Notes under the pieces: model-generated
The model's database searches: none
Seen by the model: only the letters and a program-made list of their open reading frames with translations
What the model was told of the DNA's origin: nothing
Shown here: positions 1-12,451 of the stretch, in pieces
Position numbering within the stretch: position 1 is the stretch's first letter
How the letters are laid out: the number at the start of each line of letters is the position of its first letter
DNA from: Macrostomum lignano
Lineage: Eukaryota
Direction: 5' to 3'
DNA length: 41,763 nucleotides
Assembly (NCBI GenBank): GCA_002269645.1
Contig: NIVC01004569.1
Span: 1 to 41,763 of the forward strand
Made by a program: the position numbers and the translations under genes

Positions 1-92
1 GTGGATTCTAACTGGGATTAGGGATGTTTTGCAGAATTGGTACATGTTTTTTTCAAGAACTTCCCGGTTGAAATCCCGGAGGAAGTCTATGA

Positions 93-1614
93 GGGAGCTG
101 ATGTGGATTCCATGGGACTGATGTGGGTTCCATGGGAGCTGATGTGGATTCCATGGGAGCTGATGTGGATTCCATGGAGCTGGTGCGGGTTCCATGGGAG
201 CTGGTGTGGATTCCATGGAAGCTGATGTGGATTCCATGGGAGCTGATGTGGATTCCATGGAGCTGATGTGGATTCCATGGGCTGGTGCGGGTTCCATGGG
301 AGCTGGTGTGGATTCCATGGAAGCTGATGTGGATTCCATGGGAGCTGATGTGGATTCCATGGGAGCTGATGCGGGTTCCATGGGAGCTGATGTGGATTCC
401 ATGGGAGCTGATGTGGATTCCATGGGAGCTGATGTGGATTCCATGGAAGCTGATGTGGATTCCATGGAAGCTGATGTGGATTCCATGGGAGCTGATGTGG
501 ATTCCATGGAAGCTGATGTGGGTTCCATGGAAGCTGATGTGGGTTCCATGGGAGCTGATGTGGATTCCATGGGAGCTGATGTGGATTCCATGGGAGCTGA
601 TGTGGATTCCATGGAAGCTGATGTGGGTTCCATGGGAGCTGATGTGGATTCCATGGGAGCTGATGTGGATTCCATGGGAGCTGATGTGGATTCCATGGGA
701 GCTGATGTGGATTCCATGGGAGCTGATGTGGGTTCCATGGGAGCTGATGTGGATTCCATGGAAGCTGATGTGGTTCCATGGGAGCTGATGTGGATTCCAT
801 GGGAGCTGATGTGGATTCCATGGGAGCTGGTGCGGGTTCCATGGGAGCTGGTGTGGATTCCATGGGAGCTGATGTGGATTCCATGGGAGCTGATGTGGGT
901 TCCATGGGAGCTGATGTGGATTCCATGGGAGCTGATGTGGATTCCATGGGAGCTGATGTGGGTTCCATGGGAGCTGATGCGGGTTCCATGGGAGCTGATG
1001 TGGATTCCATGGAAGCTGATGTGGATTCCATGGGAGCTGATGTGGATTCCATGGGAGCTGGTGCGGGTTCCATGGGAGCTGGTGTGGATTCCATGGGAGC
1101 TGATGTGGATTCCATGGGAGCTGATGTGGATTCCATGGGAGCTGATGTGGATTCCATGGAAGCTGATGTGGGTTCCATGGGAGCTGATGTGGATTCCATG
1201 GGAGCTGATGTGGATTCCATGGGAGCTGATGTGGATTCCATGGAAGCTGATGTGGGTTCCATGGGAGCTGATGTGGATTCCATGGGAGCTGATGTGGATT
1301 CCATGGGAGCTGATGCGGGTTCCATGAGAGCTGGTGTGGATTCCATGGGAGTTGATGTGGGTTGCATGGGAGTTGATGTGGGTTGCAGTGAGCTGATGTG
1401 GATTCCATGGGAGCTGATGTGGGTTCCATGGGAGTTGATGTGGGTTCCATGGGAGTTGATGTGGGTTGCAGTGAGCTGATGTGGATTCCATGGGAGCTGG
1501 TGTGGGTTGCAGTGAGCTGATGTGGGTTCCATGGGAGTTGATGTGGGTTGCAGTGAGCTGATGTGGGTTCCATGGGAGCTGGTGTGGATTCCATGGGAGC
1601 TGATGTGGGTTCCA
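93..1614. repeat. Minisatellite, 21-bp unit GGGAGCTGATGTGGATTCCAT, ~70 copies
   Basis: Direct reading; single-base indels shift the MGADVDS / WELMWIP frames. Confidence 0.97.
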
Positions 1615-2062
1615 GAGTTCCAGAGTTCCGTGGGCGCTATTATGTATTTAAGGTGAGTTCATGTGGGTTCCAATGCCTCCTCACACGGCTAAGCGGTAAA
1701 TGACGCACGCAAGCTCGGCTAGGTGTGCGCACGTGACTAATTGATGCATTTTAAACGATGCAGGCCGACGATTCTTTATAGGGCCTAATTAGCAGAACAA
1801 ATGAGTTTCTTTAAATTTCTTAAACGGCCGAAATTTGGGTCAGAAATTTTTTTACTGGAAAGTCAAGAATCTGAGACAGAGACCGAAAAGTTTGAGCTGC
1901 TTTAAGGTTAGCCAAGAGTTGAAGCAGAAATTCTACTTTGGTCGGGTCCAATTATTCTGTAAGCCCTGCGAATTTATAGCTTAAATTCTGTGAAAGAATG
2001 TTTTTGTTACTATGCGAGGGTTAGATTGTACTCGATACTGATTTAGCATAGTGTGTAGAGCC

Positions 2063-2493
2063 CTTCTGTGTTAGTGCGCGCTTATACAACTTCGCGCTTC
2101 TGTGATAGTGCGCGCTTATACAACTGCCCCATCCTATGATAGTGCGCGCTTATACAACTTCGCGCTTCTGTGATAGTGCGCGCTTATACAACTGCCCCAT
2201 CCTATGATAGTGCGCGCTTATACAACTTCGCGCTTCTGTGATAGTGCGCGCTTATACAACTGCCCCATCCTATGATAGTGCGCGCTTATACAACTTCGCG
2301 CTTCTGTGATAGTGCGCGCTTATACAACTTCGCGCTTCTGTGATAGTGCGCGCTTATACAACTTCGCGCTTCTGTGATAGTGCGCGCTTGTACAACTGCC
2401 TCATCCTATGATAGTGCGCGCTTATACAACTTCGCGCTTCTGTGATAGTGCGCGCTTATACAACTTCGCGCTTCTGTGATAGTGCGCGCTTAT
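2063..2493. repeat. Minisatellite, 34-bp unit with two alternating variants, 12 full copies
   Basis: Constant GATAGTGCGCGCTTATACAACT plus TCGCGCTTCTGT or GCCCCATCCTAT. Confidence 0.95.
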
Positions 2494-3237
2494 CTAGACA
2501 GTTTTACATGTATTTGCAAGATTTCCCTGGTAGATTTTGTGAGTAGAGCGCTAGCCTGACTCAGAAATCCAGACAATGATAATTTATTGCGAGCTGCGCG
2601 AAAAACAGTTGATAACTTCATAAATCTCTATCTCCGGGCAAATCCTGCCCCCTAAGATACAAAAAGAATTTGAGAAGCAGTCGCCGTGTTTATTCCACAG
2701 TAGCTAGGAAGTGATATGGAGAGTCTGCCGTTGCTAACTGAAGTCTGAAGCCCCCCCCGCTGTGAGGGATTCGAAGGAGAGCTCGGCTCTTTGAAGCTAC
2801 GAAGCTGTTGGTCACGCAATGCAACTCAGCTGGGGGCATCAGTCTGCATTGTCAGGCAATAATTTCCATGCAATTAATACAGGGGATTATGATAATTATA
2901 ATTATAATGGCATTGGTAGCAACACTTGTCTATCAAGCCGTGCGGAATGGGCTGGTGGCAGCTTAGCGCCAGGTATTTTGCAGCGTCGTTACAGCTGCCG
3001 TTGCCACGGGGATATCCCAGTCTTCCCACATCCCCTCGCCCTTCTTTCTATCCATGCAATTATGGATAGGTTTCCCGCGCATCCCCCAGGCATTGGCTGA
3101 ACATTAGTGACTCGGTGGGCGATGAAGGAGGCTGGGGCCAGGCTTTCAAGAGCGGAGGAGAGCCTGCGTGACTGATTGACTTTCTCTCTTTTTCTTTCTC
3201 TCCCGGCCTGTCTTCAGCGCAGCAGAAGCAATAAGAG

Positions 3238-3763
3238 CTCTCTTCCTTTCCCTCTCTCCCTCTCCCTCTCCCTCTCTCCCTCTCCCTCTCTCCCTCTCCC
3301 TCTCCCTCTCTTCCTCTCCCTCTCTCCCTCTCCCTCTCCCTCTCTTCCTCTCCCTCTCTCCCTCTCCCTCTCTCCCTCTCCCTCTCTCCCTCTCCCTCTC
3401 CCTCTCCCTCTCTCCCTCTCCCTCTCCCTCTCTCCCTCTCCCTCTCTCCCTCTCCCTCTCTCCCTCTCCCTCTCTCCCTCTCCCTCTCTCCCTCTCTCCC
3501 TCTCCCTCTCCCTCTCTCCCTCTCCCTCTCCCTCTCTTCCTCTCCCTCTCTCCCTCTCCCTCTCTCCCTCTCCCTCTCCCTCTCTTCCTCTCCCTCTCTC
3601 CCTCTCCCTCTCTCCTCTCTCCTCTCTCTCCCTCTCTCCCTCTCTCCCTCTCCCCTCTCCCTCTCTCCCTCTCTTCTTCTCTCTCCTTTCCCTCCCTCTC
3701 TCCGTCTCTCCCTCTCTCCCTCTCTCCCTCTCTTCCTCTCTCTCCTTTCCCTCCCTCTCTCCT
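3238..3763. repeat. Pure-pyrimidine microsatellite (CTCTCC-type)
   Basis: Essentially only C and T over ~525 bp. Confidence 0.95.
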
Positions 3764-4722
3764 ACTCGCCCTGACGAAGAATTTACCAGATTTGAAATAT
3801 CAGCAATATAAAATAATTTACTTATCAGTCCTTTTTCACCGTGTCAACGCCTGAGATTGGAGGTGCCCTACTCTCTCTCCTCTCCCTCTCTCCCTCTTCC
3901 CTTTCTCTTCTCAGTGCAGCAGTGGAACTCTCCCTGCAGCGACCCTCCCTGAAAGCAACGAAGAAAATTCAGTTCCCCATCCCGCCAAAAATTGCCGAAC
4001 AGAGCGGGCATTAATATTATTCGAAGCAGATTTCAGCAATAATGGCGAGGATCTTTTAGTAGAAGAAGAAAGCTGCTGCTACTGCCCCGTTGATGATGCT
4101 GATGATGACGCAATCTTTATAACCCCTCGCCTCCACTCCGGCCTAATACTTCGAAGCATAATGCCTCCCCCGGGGGGGGGGGTCTGTACGCGCCCGAGTT
4201 TCTGTACAGTATAGCGAGAAAGGCGGAACTGAATCTTGCAGCATGGCGAACGGCAATGCCAGCCAGCCTGAGCTCGCCAAGTGCTGCCTTTTGTAAGGGG
4301 ATTTTTTCGAGACTTTGACAACTAAAATCGGGATTGGGGCTGGTTTGAAGGAGGTGGAGCGAATGGGCGGGTGAATCAGCCAGAGCGGGGTGGGGGTTGA
4401 AGCGCCTGCTGTCAAATTCCCACGACTGGAGGGCCGGGAGGGCCCAGGGAGTAAGTAAGTGGGAGTTTCAAGGAGCGACCACCGGCCCGAAACCGGTGTT
4501 TCCTGTCACCGCGCTGGCCTCCTGGATCACCGACACTTTTGCGGCTAATCTCGGCCGATGTGCAGGGATAGGGACTACTAAGCAGAGATGTCTAGACCTG
4601 AGCCCGAAGAAGTTTGTTTTACAACGGATTTTAGTTCTTTAAGTCTCTAGAGCGTTATGGACATACAAATATTAGATATTTAGTATATTTAGATTTAGTT
4701 TCTTATCGCCTAACGGAATCCC

Positions 4723-5207
4723 GTGACCTCCCCCATGCCCACTGTGACCTCCACTATGCCCCCTGTGACCTCCACTATGCCCCCTGTGACCTCCACTATG
4801 CCCCCTGTGACCTCCACTATGCCCCTGTGACCTCCACTATGCCCCCCTGTGACTTCCACTATGCCCCTTGTGACCTCCACTATGCCCCCTTTGACCTCCC
4901 CTATGCCCCCTGTGACCTCCACTATGTCCCCTGTGACTTCCACTATGCCCCCCTTTGACCTCCCTTGTGCCCCTGTGCCCTCTTCCAAGACCCCTGTGCC
5001 CTCCCCTATTAACCCCTGTGCCCTCTCATATTACCCCTGTGCCCTCCCCTATAACCCATGTACCTTCTCATATGACCCCTGTGCCCTCCCCTAAGACCCA
5101 TGTACCCTCTCATATGACCCCTGTGCCCTCCCCTAAGACTCCTGTGCCCTCTCCTATGACCCCTGTGCTCTCCCCAATGCCCCCCTGTTCTCTGACCATG
5201 TCCCCCT
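4723..5207. repeat. Degenerate ~21-bp minisatellite GTGACCTCCACTATGCCCCCT
   Basis: Direct reading; drifts into a related CCCCTGTGCCCTC unit toward the right end. Confidence 0.9.
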
Positions 5208-6372
5208 GATTATATTTATAATCTCCAATCCAGACGGCAGATTAGTTTCGAACTCCACGGAGCATAATTCAAGCCAAGCAGCGGCATATGTGTGCATTGG
5301 GATATTGCAATATAAAAAATCCTTTCTAATCCCTCAATAAATGAGGGAGATTTTCCTCGATATGGATTTCCCCCCCCGCCAATTTAGTTGCTAAAAATCC
5401 CCCCCAGCCAGCGTCAACCCAAGCCGGAAGCGGCGCCTTTTAATTTTCAAGAAAGAAAGAAAAAAATCTGTCACCCCTTCGGTCATCGTCATTGTCGCGG
5501 AGATTTTTTTGATCCCGAAAAATCCCCGACAGAAACTGCGACCGTGTCAGCTGGTGCCAGCTGCCCAGGCTTATCGCTACGGCTGGAGGGTCAACGGCTG
5601 TTCAGTTTCACCCCGTCATCGGCCCCCAGGCCAGCATCAGATTCAATGCATCATCAAAAGCCGACACGAGGCTAAGCGACGTCAGTGAAAGGATCAGCTG
5701 CGCCAATCGCAGTTCACGCCCGGTTGAGCCCGCACAGACGCGGGAACTCCAATCGTGGGAGTTTGGGGATCACGGGCTCTTTGTCGCCCACTGCCAGACT
5801 TGAAAATATGAAATTGAGAACGCTTTGCTCGGCCACTCGAGTTTCGCTCTCGCCCTCGATTCTTCTCAAACTGTAGACGATGAGGCACGAGAATTAATTA
5901 ACTTTCCTTAAAGAAACTCTATACGCCAATAAACAGCCTTTGTCGGTCGGGCTTGGCCCACACTTCATTCTCTTTTTTCTCTCAATTCTTTTCTCAAACA
6001 ACCCATCGCGTGACTTCGAGCAGGCGCTTCCATTGATTCTGGACCGAGCCGGTCCTCTTCGTGCGCCTCTTAATTTCCCGAAAATTGCTTCCCCTCTGAG
6101 CCCCATTGCCATTGTGGTCGGTCGGGCGGTGTTTGACTAGACCACCGCTTGTAGTTCAGGCGCGCCCTGCTGGGGTCTGAAAAGGAGCCCCGCTGCGAGA
6201 GCCGTATGGACTTGACAGCAGGAAGCGGGCAGAAGGCAACGACTGCCTTCAAAGCCCCGCTGTGAGGGCTATAATATTGCTAAGGCATCTGAGCCGCTGA
6301 GCCCCGTAATGGGAAATTAGCTTTCAGTATGGGACTACCATTTTCAGACATTAGTTCCCTCCCACCTGTCTC

Positions 6373-7099
6373 CCACGTCTCCCTCCTCACATCTCCCTCT
6401 CCACATCTCCCTCTCCACATCTCCCTCTCCACATCTCCCTCTCCACATCTCCCTCTCCACATCTCCCTCTCCACATCTCCCTCTCCACATCTCCCTCTCC
6501 ACATCTCCCTCTCCATGTCTCCCTCTCCACATCTCCCTTTCCACATCTCCCTCTCCATGTCTCCCTGTCCACATCTCCCTGTCCACATCTCCCTCTCCAT
6601 GTCTCCCTCTCCACATCTCCCTCTCCACATCTCCCTTTCCACACCTCCCTCTCCACATCTCCCTCTCCACATCTCCCTCTCCACATCTCCCTCTCCATAT
6701 CTCCCTCTCCACATCTCCCTCTCCACATCTCCCTCTCCACATCTCCCTCTCCACATCTCCCTCTCCACATCTCCCTCTCCACATCTCCCTCTCCACACCT
6801 CCCTCTCCACATCTCCCTCTCCACATCTCCCTCTCCACATCTCCCTCTCCACATCTCCCTCTCCACATCTCCCTCTCCACATCTCCCTCTCCACATCTCC
6901 CTCTCCACATCTCCCTCTCCACATCTCCCTCTCTGTGTCTCCCTCTCCACATCTCCCTCTCCACATCTCCCTCTCCACATCTCCCTCTCCACATCTCCCT
7001 CTCCACATCTCCCTCTCCACATCTCCCTCTCCACATCTCCCTCTCCACATCTCCCTCTCCACATCTCCCTCTCCACATCTCCCTCTCCACATCTCCCTC
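6373..7099. repeat. Minisatellite, 14-bp unit CCACATCTCCCTCT, ~50 copies
   Basis: Direct reading; 14-aa periodicity in all translated frames. Confidence 0.96.
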
Positions 7100-7740
7100 C
7101 CCTCCTTCTCTCCCTTCCTTCCCTGTATCTCCCCCTCGAGCTGCCATATCTACGTGAAGCCGCCCCAAGAGCCATATGGTCATGACTGAGGCAGTGGCTG
7201 GACAAGAAAAAAACGCAGAGAGCCTTGAAGGCGCCCTGCTGCGCATCTGATAAGGCATCTGAGCGGCCCGAACGCGCCAGTGCGTAAAAAGAAAAATTAT
7301 TTTAGAACAGGGGGGGCAAAAAAGTGTTTCGACAGTTCTTCGAGGCCGGTGCCGGCCGCCTCGACACCCCCGCTGCGCTCGGCACCCCGCAGAGAGGGGG
7401 AGGGGGTTGACGGTCGGATTTCCGCAATTACGAAGGCATTCCAGTCTTATCCGGAGTCTTCATCTGTTCTCGAGCTGAAGCCAATCTCCCAGGCAGCTGA
7501 GCTCCACAAGCCGCTTTTGTAGCAATTTTATAGACTCTCTCTGCGTGTGTGCGACTGCTGGTCTGCATTTATTATGCTGGATCACCCATTCTCTCATCCA
7601 CCATTCGCTTCTCCTGTCCTTTGTCCCTTCGCTCACCGATCTCTCGCAGTGGCATCGCCGCCTCTCACTGGCTTCACCTTGTCGGTGCCTGTGTCTACTG
7701 GGCCTTTCTAATCTCCTTCTACCTTCCAATAATATATCTA

Positions 7741-8820
7741 CTCTCTCCCTCTCTTGTCCTCTCTTTCTCTCCCCTCCTCTCCCCTTCTCTCCTCTCCCCT
7801 CCTCTCCTCTCCACTCCTCTCCTCTCCTCTCCCCTCCTCTCCCCTCCTCTCCCCTCCTCTCCTGTCCTCTCCTCTCCCTCCTCTCCCCTCCTCTCCTCTC
7901 CTCTCCCCTCCTCTCCCCTCCTCTCCTCTCCTCTCCACTCCTCTCCCCTCCTCTCCCCTCCTCTCCTGTCCTCTCCTCTCCCCTCCTCTCCCCTCCTCTC
8001 CTCTCCTCTCCCCTCCTCTCCCCTCCTCTCCTCTCCTCTCCACTCCTCTCCTCTCCTCTCCACTCCTCTCCACTCCTCTCCCCTCCTCTCCTCTCCTCTC
8101 CTCTCCTCTCCCCTCCTCTCCTCTCCTCTCCTCTCCTCTCCTCTCCTCTCCTCTCCTCTCCTCTCCTCTCCTCTCCTCTCCTCTCCTCTCCTCTCCTCTC
8201 CTCTCCTCTCCCCTCCTCTCCTCTCCCCTCCTCTCCTCTCCCTCCTCTCCTCTCCTTTCCTCTCCTCTCCTCTCCTCTCCTCTCCTCTCCTCTCCTCTCC
8301 TCTCCCCTCCTCTCCTCTCCTCTCCTCTCCTCTCCTCTCCTCTCCTCTCCCCTCCTCTCCTCTCCCTCCTCTCCCTCCTCTCCTCTCCCCTCCTCTCCTC
8401 TCCCCTCCTCTCCCCTCCTCTCCCTCCTCTCCTCTCCTCTCCTCTCCTCTCCTCTCCCCTCCTCTCCTCTCCTCTCCTCTCCTCTCCTCTCCCCTCCTCT
8501 CCTCTCCTCTCCTCTCCTCTCCTCTCCTCTCCCCTCCTCTCCTCTCCTCTCCTCTCCTCTCCTCTCCTCTCCTCTCCTCTCCTCTCCTCTCCTCTCCTCT
8601 CCTCTCCTCTCCTCTCCTCTCCTCTCCTCTCCTCTCCTCTCCTCTCCTCTCCTCTCCTCCTCTCCTCTCCTCTCCTCTCCTCTCCTCTCCCTCCTCTCCT
8701 CTCCTCTCCTCTCCTCTCCCCTCCTCTCCTCTCCTCTCCTCTCCTCTCCTCTCCTCTCCTCTCCTCTCCTCTCCTCTCCTCTCCTCTCTTCTCCTCTCCT
8801 CTCCTCTCCCCTCTTCTTCC
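7741..8820. repeat. Pentamer microsatellite (CTCCT)n, polypyrimidine
   Basis: Direct reading. Confidence 0.96.
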
Positions 8821-9513
8821 CTCTACACCTCTTCTGTCGGTGTCCCTTCAACACGCCCCCGAGTCTGCATCTCCGCAACTGCTCCGTTAGTTTTCCTCGC
8901 ATCATATAATAATTAATTTTAACTTACAGAAAAAAGATCTCTGCTGAGATTCTTGCTTACAGAACCAGATATTGGCGACTCAGCTTTCCCGACAGTCTTG
9001 CCTGCATAGAGTCTCACAGTTGCCATTTCGCTAGCACTCACCTCTTCATCTGATTCTCTATCTGTCTCTCCTTACCATGCCTAAGCAATTAACAAGACGG
9101 TGCGGCACACCTGCTATTAACCAAGCCATCTTCATCGCTTCTCTACTCGCTTTGGCTGCTCGGGTTTCTTGACGAGAAAATTTCTGATTCATGGCTGCTC
9201 AGATTCCTCCGAGTTGCTTTGATGGCGCCTGTCACGTGATCAGATTCAGCTGCCAATAATTTCTCCGCTCCGGTGACTTTTAATACCTCAGTAGGGCTGT
9301 GCAAGCCGGCTTCACCAGATTGTCTGCCAGATATTTTTCAGACAGCCTGCGAGTTTGAGTCGATCAGTTTGCTTGGCCTTGATGGCGGAAGAAAAATTCA
9401 GATTTTAATAATTCTAAAAGTTTTCACCTCGGAAACAATGCCATTGGTGTAAAATATATTATTTTAATTAAATTTCATTGGTCATTCAATATCTATAGAA
9501 GGTCTAGAAGATA

Positions 9514-10993
9514 AGGTGGTGGACAAGATGGTGGGACAAGATAGTGGACAACATTGTGTTCAGCATTGTGGACAAGATGGTAGAAAAGATGGTGGACAAG
9601 ATGGTGAACAAGATGGTGGACAAGATGGTGGACAAGATGGTGGACAAGATGGTGGACAGGATTGTGGACAAGATGGTGGACAAGATGGTGGACAAGATGG
9701 TGGACAAGATGGTGCATGGACAGGATTGTGGACAAGATGGTGGACAAGATGGTGGACAGCATTGTGGACAAGATGGTAGAAAAGATGGTGGACAAGATGG
9801 TGGACCAGGTGGTGGGACAAGATGGTGGACAGGATTGTGGACAAGATGGTGGACAAGATGGTGGACAAGATGGTGGACAAGATGGTGGACAAGATGGTGC
9901 ATGGACAGGATTGTGGACAAGATGGTGGACAAGATGGTGGACAGCATTGTGGACAAGATGGTAGAAAATATGGTGGACAAGATGGTGAACAAGATGGTGG
10001 ACAAGATGGTGGACAAGATGGTGGACAAGATGGTGGACAGGATTGTGGACAAGATGGTGGACAAGATGGTGGACAAGATGGTGGACAAGATGGTGCATGG
10101 ACAGGATTGTGGACAAGATGGTGGACAAGATGGTGGACAGCATTGTGGACAAGATGGTAGAAAATATGGTGGACAAGATGGTGGACAAGATGGTGCATGG
10201 ACAGGATTGTGGACAAGATGGTGGACAAGATGGTGGACAGCATTGTGGACAAGATGGTGGACAGCATTGTGGACAAGATGGTAGAAAATATGGTGGACAA
10301 GATGGTGAACAAGATGGTGGACAAGATGGTGGACAAGATGGTGGACAAGATGGTGGACAGGATTGTGGACAAGATGGTGGACAAGATGGTGGACAAGATG
10401 GTGGACAAGATGGTGGACAAGATGGTGGACAAGATGGTGCATGGACAGGATTGTGGACAAGATGGTGCATGGACAGGATTGTGGACAAGATGGTGGACAA
10501 GATGGTGGACAGCATTGTGGACAAGATGGTAGAAAAGATGGTGGACAGCATTGTGGACAAGATGGTAGAAAATATGGTGGACAAGATGGTGGACAAGATG
10601 GTGCATGGACAGGATTGTGGACAAGATGGTGGACAAGATGGTGGACAGCATTGTGGACAAGATGGTAGAAAATATGGTGGACAAGATGGTGAACAAGATG
10701 GTGGACAAGATGGTGGACAAGATGGTGGACAAGATGGTGGACAGGATTGTGGACAAGATGGTGGACAAGATGGTGGACAAGATGGTGGACAAGATGGTGG
10801 ACAAGATGGTGGACAAGATGGTGCATGGACAGGATTGTGGACAAGATGGTGCATGGACAGGATTGTGGACAAGATGGTGGACAAGATGGTGGACAGCATT
10901 GTGGACAAGATGGTAGAAAAGATGGTGGACAAGATGGTGGACCAGGTGGTGGGACAAGATGGGGGACAAGATGGTGGACAAGATTGTGGACAA
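9514..10993. repeat. 12-bp minisatellite GGACAAGATGGT with higher-order structure
   Basis: Recurring variants GGACAGGATTGT, GGACAGCATTGT, AGAAAA and a GCAT insertion. Confidence 0.96.
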
Positions 10994-11164
10994 CAGCAAT
11001 TTAGAATTCGGGGTGCCTGAATTTCTTCTTTCGTATAACAAGAAAAAGCAAAATCCAACTCTTTGAGTCGCGCTCAGTGAGGCACAGAGCGAGAGTCACG
11101 CTTGAAAGATTAACAACCTTTTTTGAGCATATTTCCCCGGGAGAAAGAGAGTGTCACTGTGCTG

Positions 11165-11476
11165 TCATGTCAAACAGGCTGCTAGCCTCATCAATTCATC
11201 AATGCTGCATCGGTCAGTCAGTCGCTCACTGCAGAAGTCGGCCAGGCGTGAAATGACAATGAAGTCGTCCTGGTCAAGCCAGCAGTCCCTGAGGCTGTCT
11301 GTTGCGTCAGGCTGGTAGGATGTCACTGCTGCAGCTTTTGGAGAACTTTCGCTTTCGTTCTCGGCTTTCACACGCTGTCTCTGCTGGTGGATGGGTGACT
11401 CATCCTCCGAGCTCATTTGCTCCCGCGTGCTAATAATGCTCTGCTCCTGGCTAAAATTGGGCCTATATGGCCACAC
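11165..11476 (-). CDS. Possible coding exon, unidentified
   Basis: Unique-sequence ORF with protein-like composition (QMSSEDESP...DCWLDQDDFIVISRLADFC) and a donor-like GTGAGC inside; no domain recognised. Confidence 0.22.
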   Translation of the reverse strand: MWPYRPNFSQEQSIISTREQMSSEDESPIHQQRQRVKAENESESSPKAAAVTSYQPDATDSLRDCWLDQDDFIVISRLADFCSERLTDRCSIDELMRLAACLT

Positions 11477-11748
11477 TCTCAGTCACCTTGCAGGCAATGC
11501 TTTGCCAAGAGGCAGCCATTGTTTGCTGTATTGGCATTGTGTTTAACATTGCATTATTAACAACATTGGAATTATGCAATCAAACTGACTGTGCGCTGAA
11601 GACCCACTTTTGCTTTCATGCCAGCCACTAAGCACTGCCCCCTGGGGGACCGCGTTTTTGACTTTGCCCAAACAACATGGTAAACAAACTGACTCAGGGA
11701 TGGAAAGATTGAGAGATAAATATATGAAATGAGTATTGAAAGAAATTT

Positions 11749-12451
11749 GAGAGATCAGAAAGAGATCAGGGAGAGATCAGAGAGAGATCAGAGAGAGATC
11801 AGAGAGAGATCAGAGAGATCAGAGAGAGAGAGAGAGAGATCAGAGAGAGATCAGAGAGATCAGAGAGAGATCAGAGAGATCAGAGAGAGATCAGAGAGAG
11901 ATCAGAGAGATCAGAGAGAGATCAGAGAGAGATCAGAGAGATCAGAGAGAGATCAGAGAGAGATCAGAGAGAGATCAGAGAGAGATCAGAGAGAGATCAG
12001 AGAGAGATCAGAGAGATCAGAGAGAGATCAGAGAGAGGTCAGAGAGAGATCAGAGAGAGATCAGAGAGAGATCAGAGAGAGGTCAGAGAGAGATCAGCGA
12101 GAGATCAGAGAGAGATCAGAGAGAGATCCGAGAGAGATCCGAGAGAGATCCGAGAGAGATCAGAGAGAGATCAGAGAGAGATCCGAGAGAGATCAGAGAG
12201 AGATCAGAGAGAGGTCAGAGAGAGATCAGAGAGAGATCAGAGAGAGATCAGAGAGAGGTCAGAGAGAGATCAGCGAGAGATCAGAGAGAGATCAGAGAGA
12301 GATCAGCGAGAGATCAGAGAGAGATCAGAGAGAGAACAGAGAGATCAGAGAGAGATCAGAGAGAGATCAGAGAGAGATCAGAGAGATCAGAGAGAGATCA
12401 GAGAGAGAACAGAGAGATCAGAGAGAGACCAGGGAGAAATCAGAGAGAGAT
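11749..12451. repeat. Purine-rich repeat GATCA(GA)n, 9-13-bp units
   Basis: Direct reading. Confidence 0.95.

Noticed and set aside
37-1594. Long overlapping ORFs (MESTSAP, PWNPHQL, MGADVDS repeats)
   Set aside because: The 21-bp unit is stop-free on both strands, and frequent single-base indels switch frames, which is incompatible with coding selection.
2063-2493. CRISPR-like repeat-spacer appearance
   Set aside because: The variable parts are only two recurring 12-bp types, not unique spacers; no cas genes; eukaryotic context.
2757-6268. Shared 14-mer CCCCGCTGTGAGGG at ~2757 and ~6255
   Set aside because: Too short, with unrelated flanks; no structure could be built on it.
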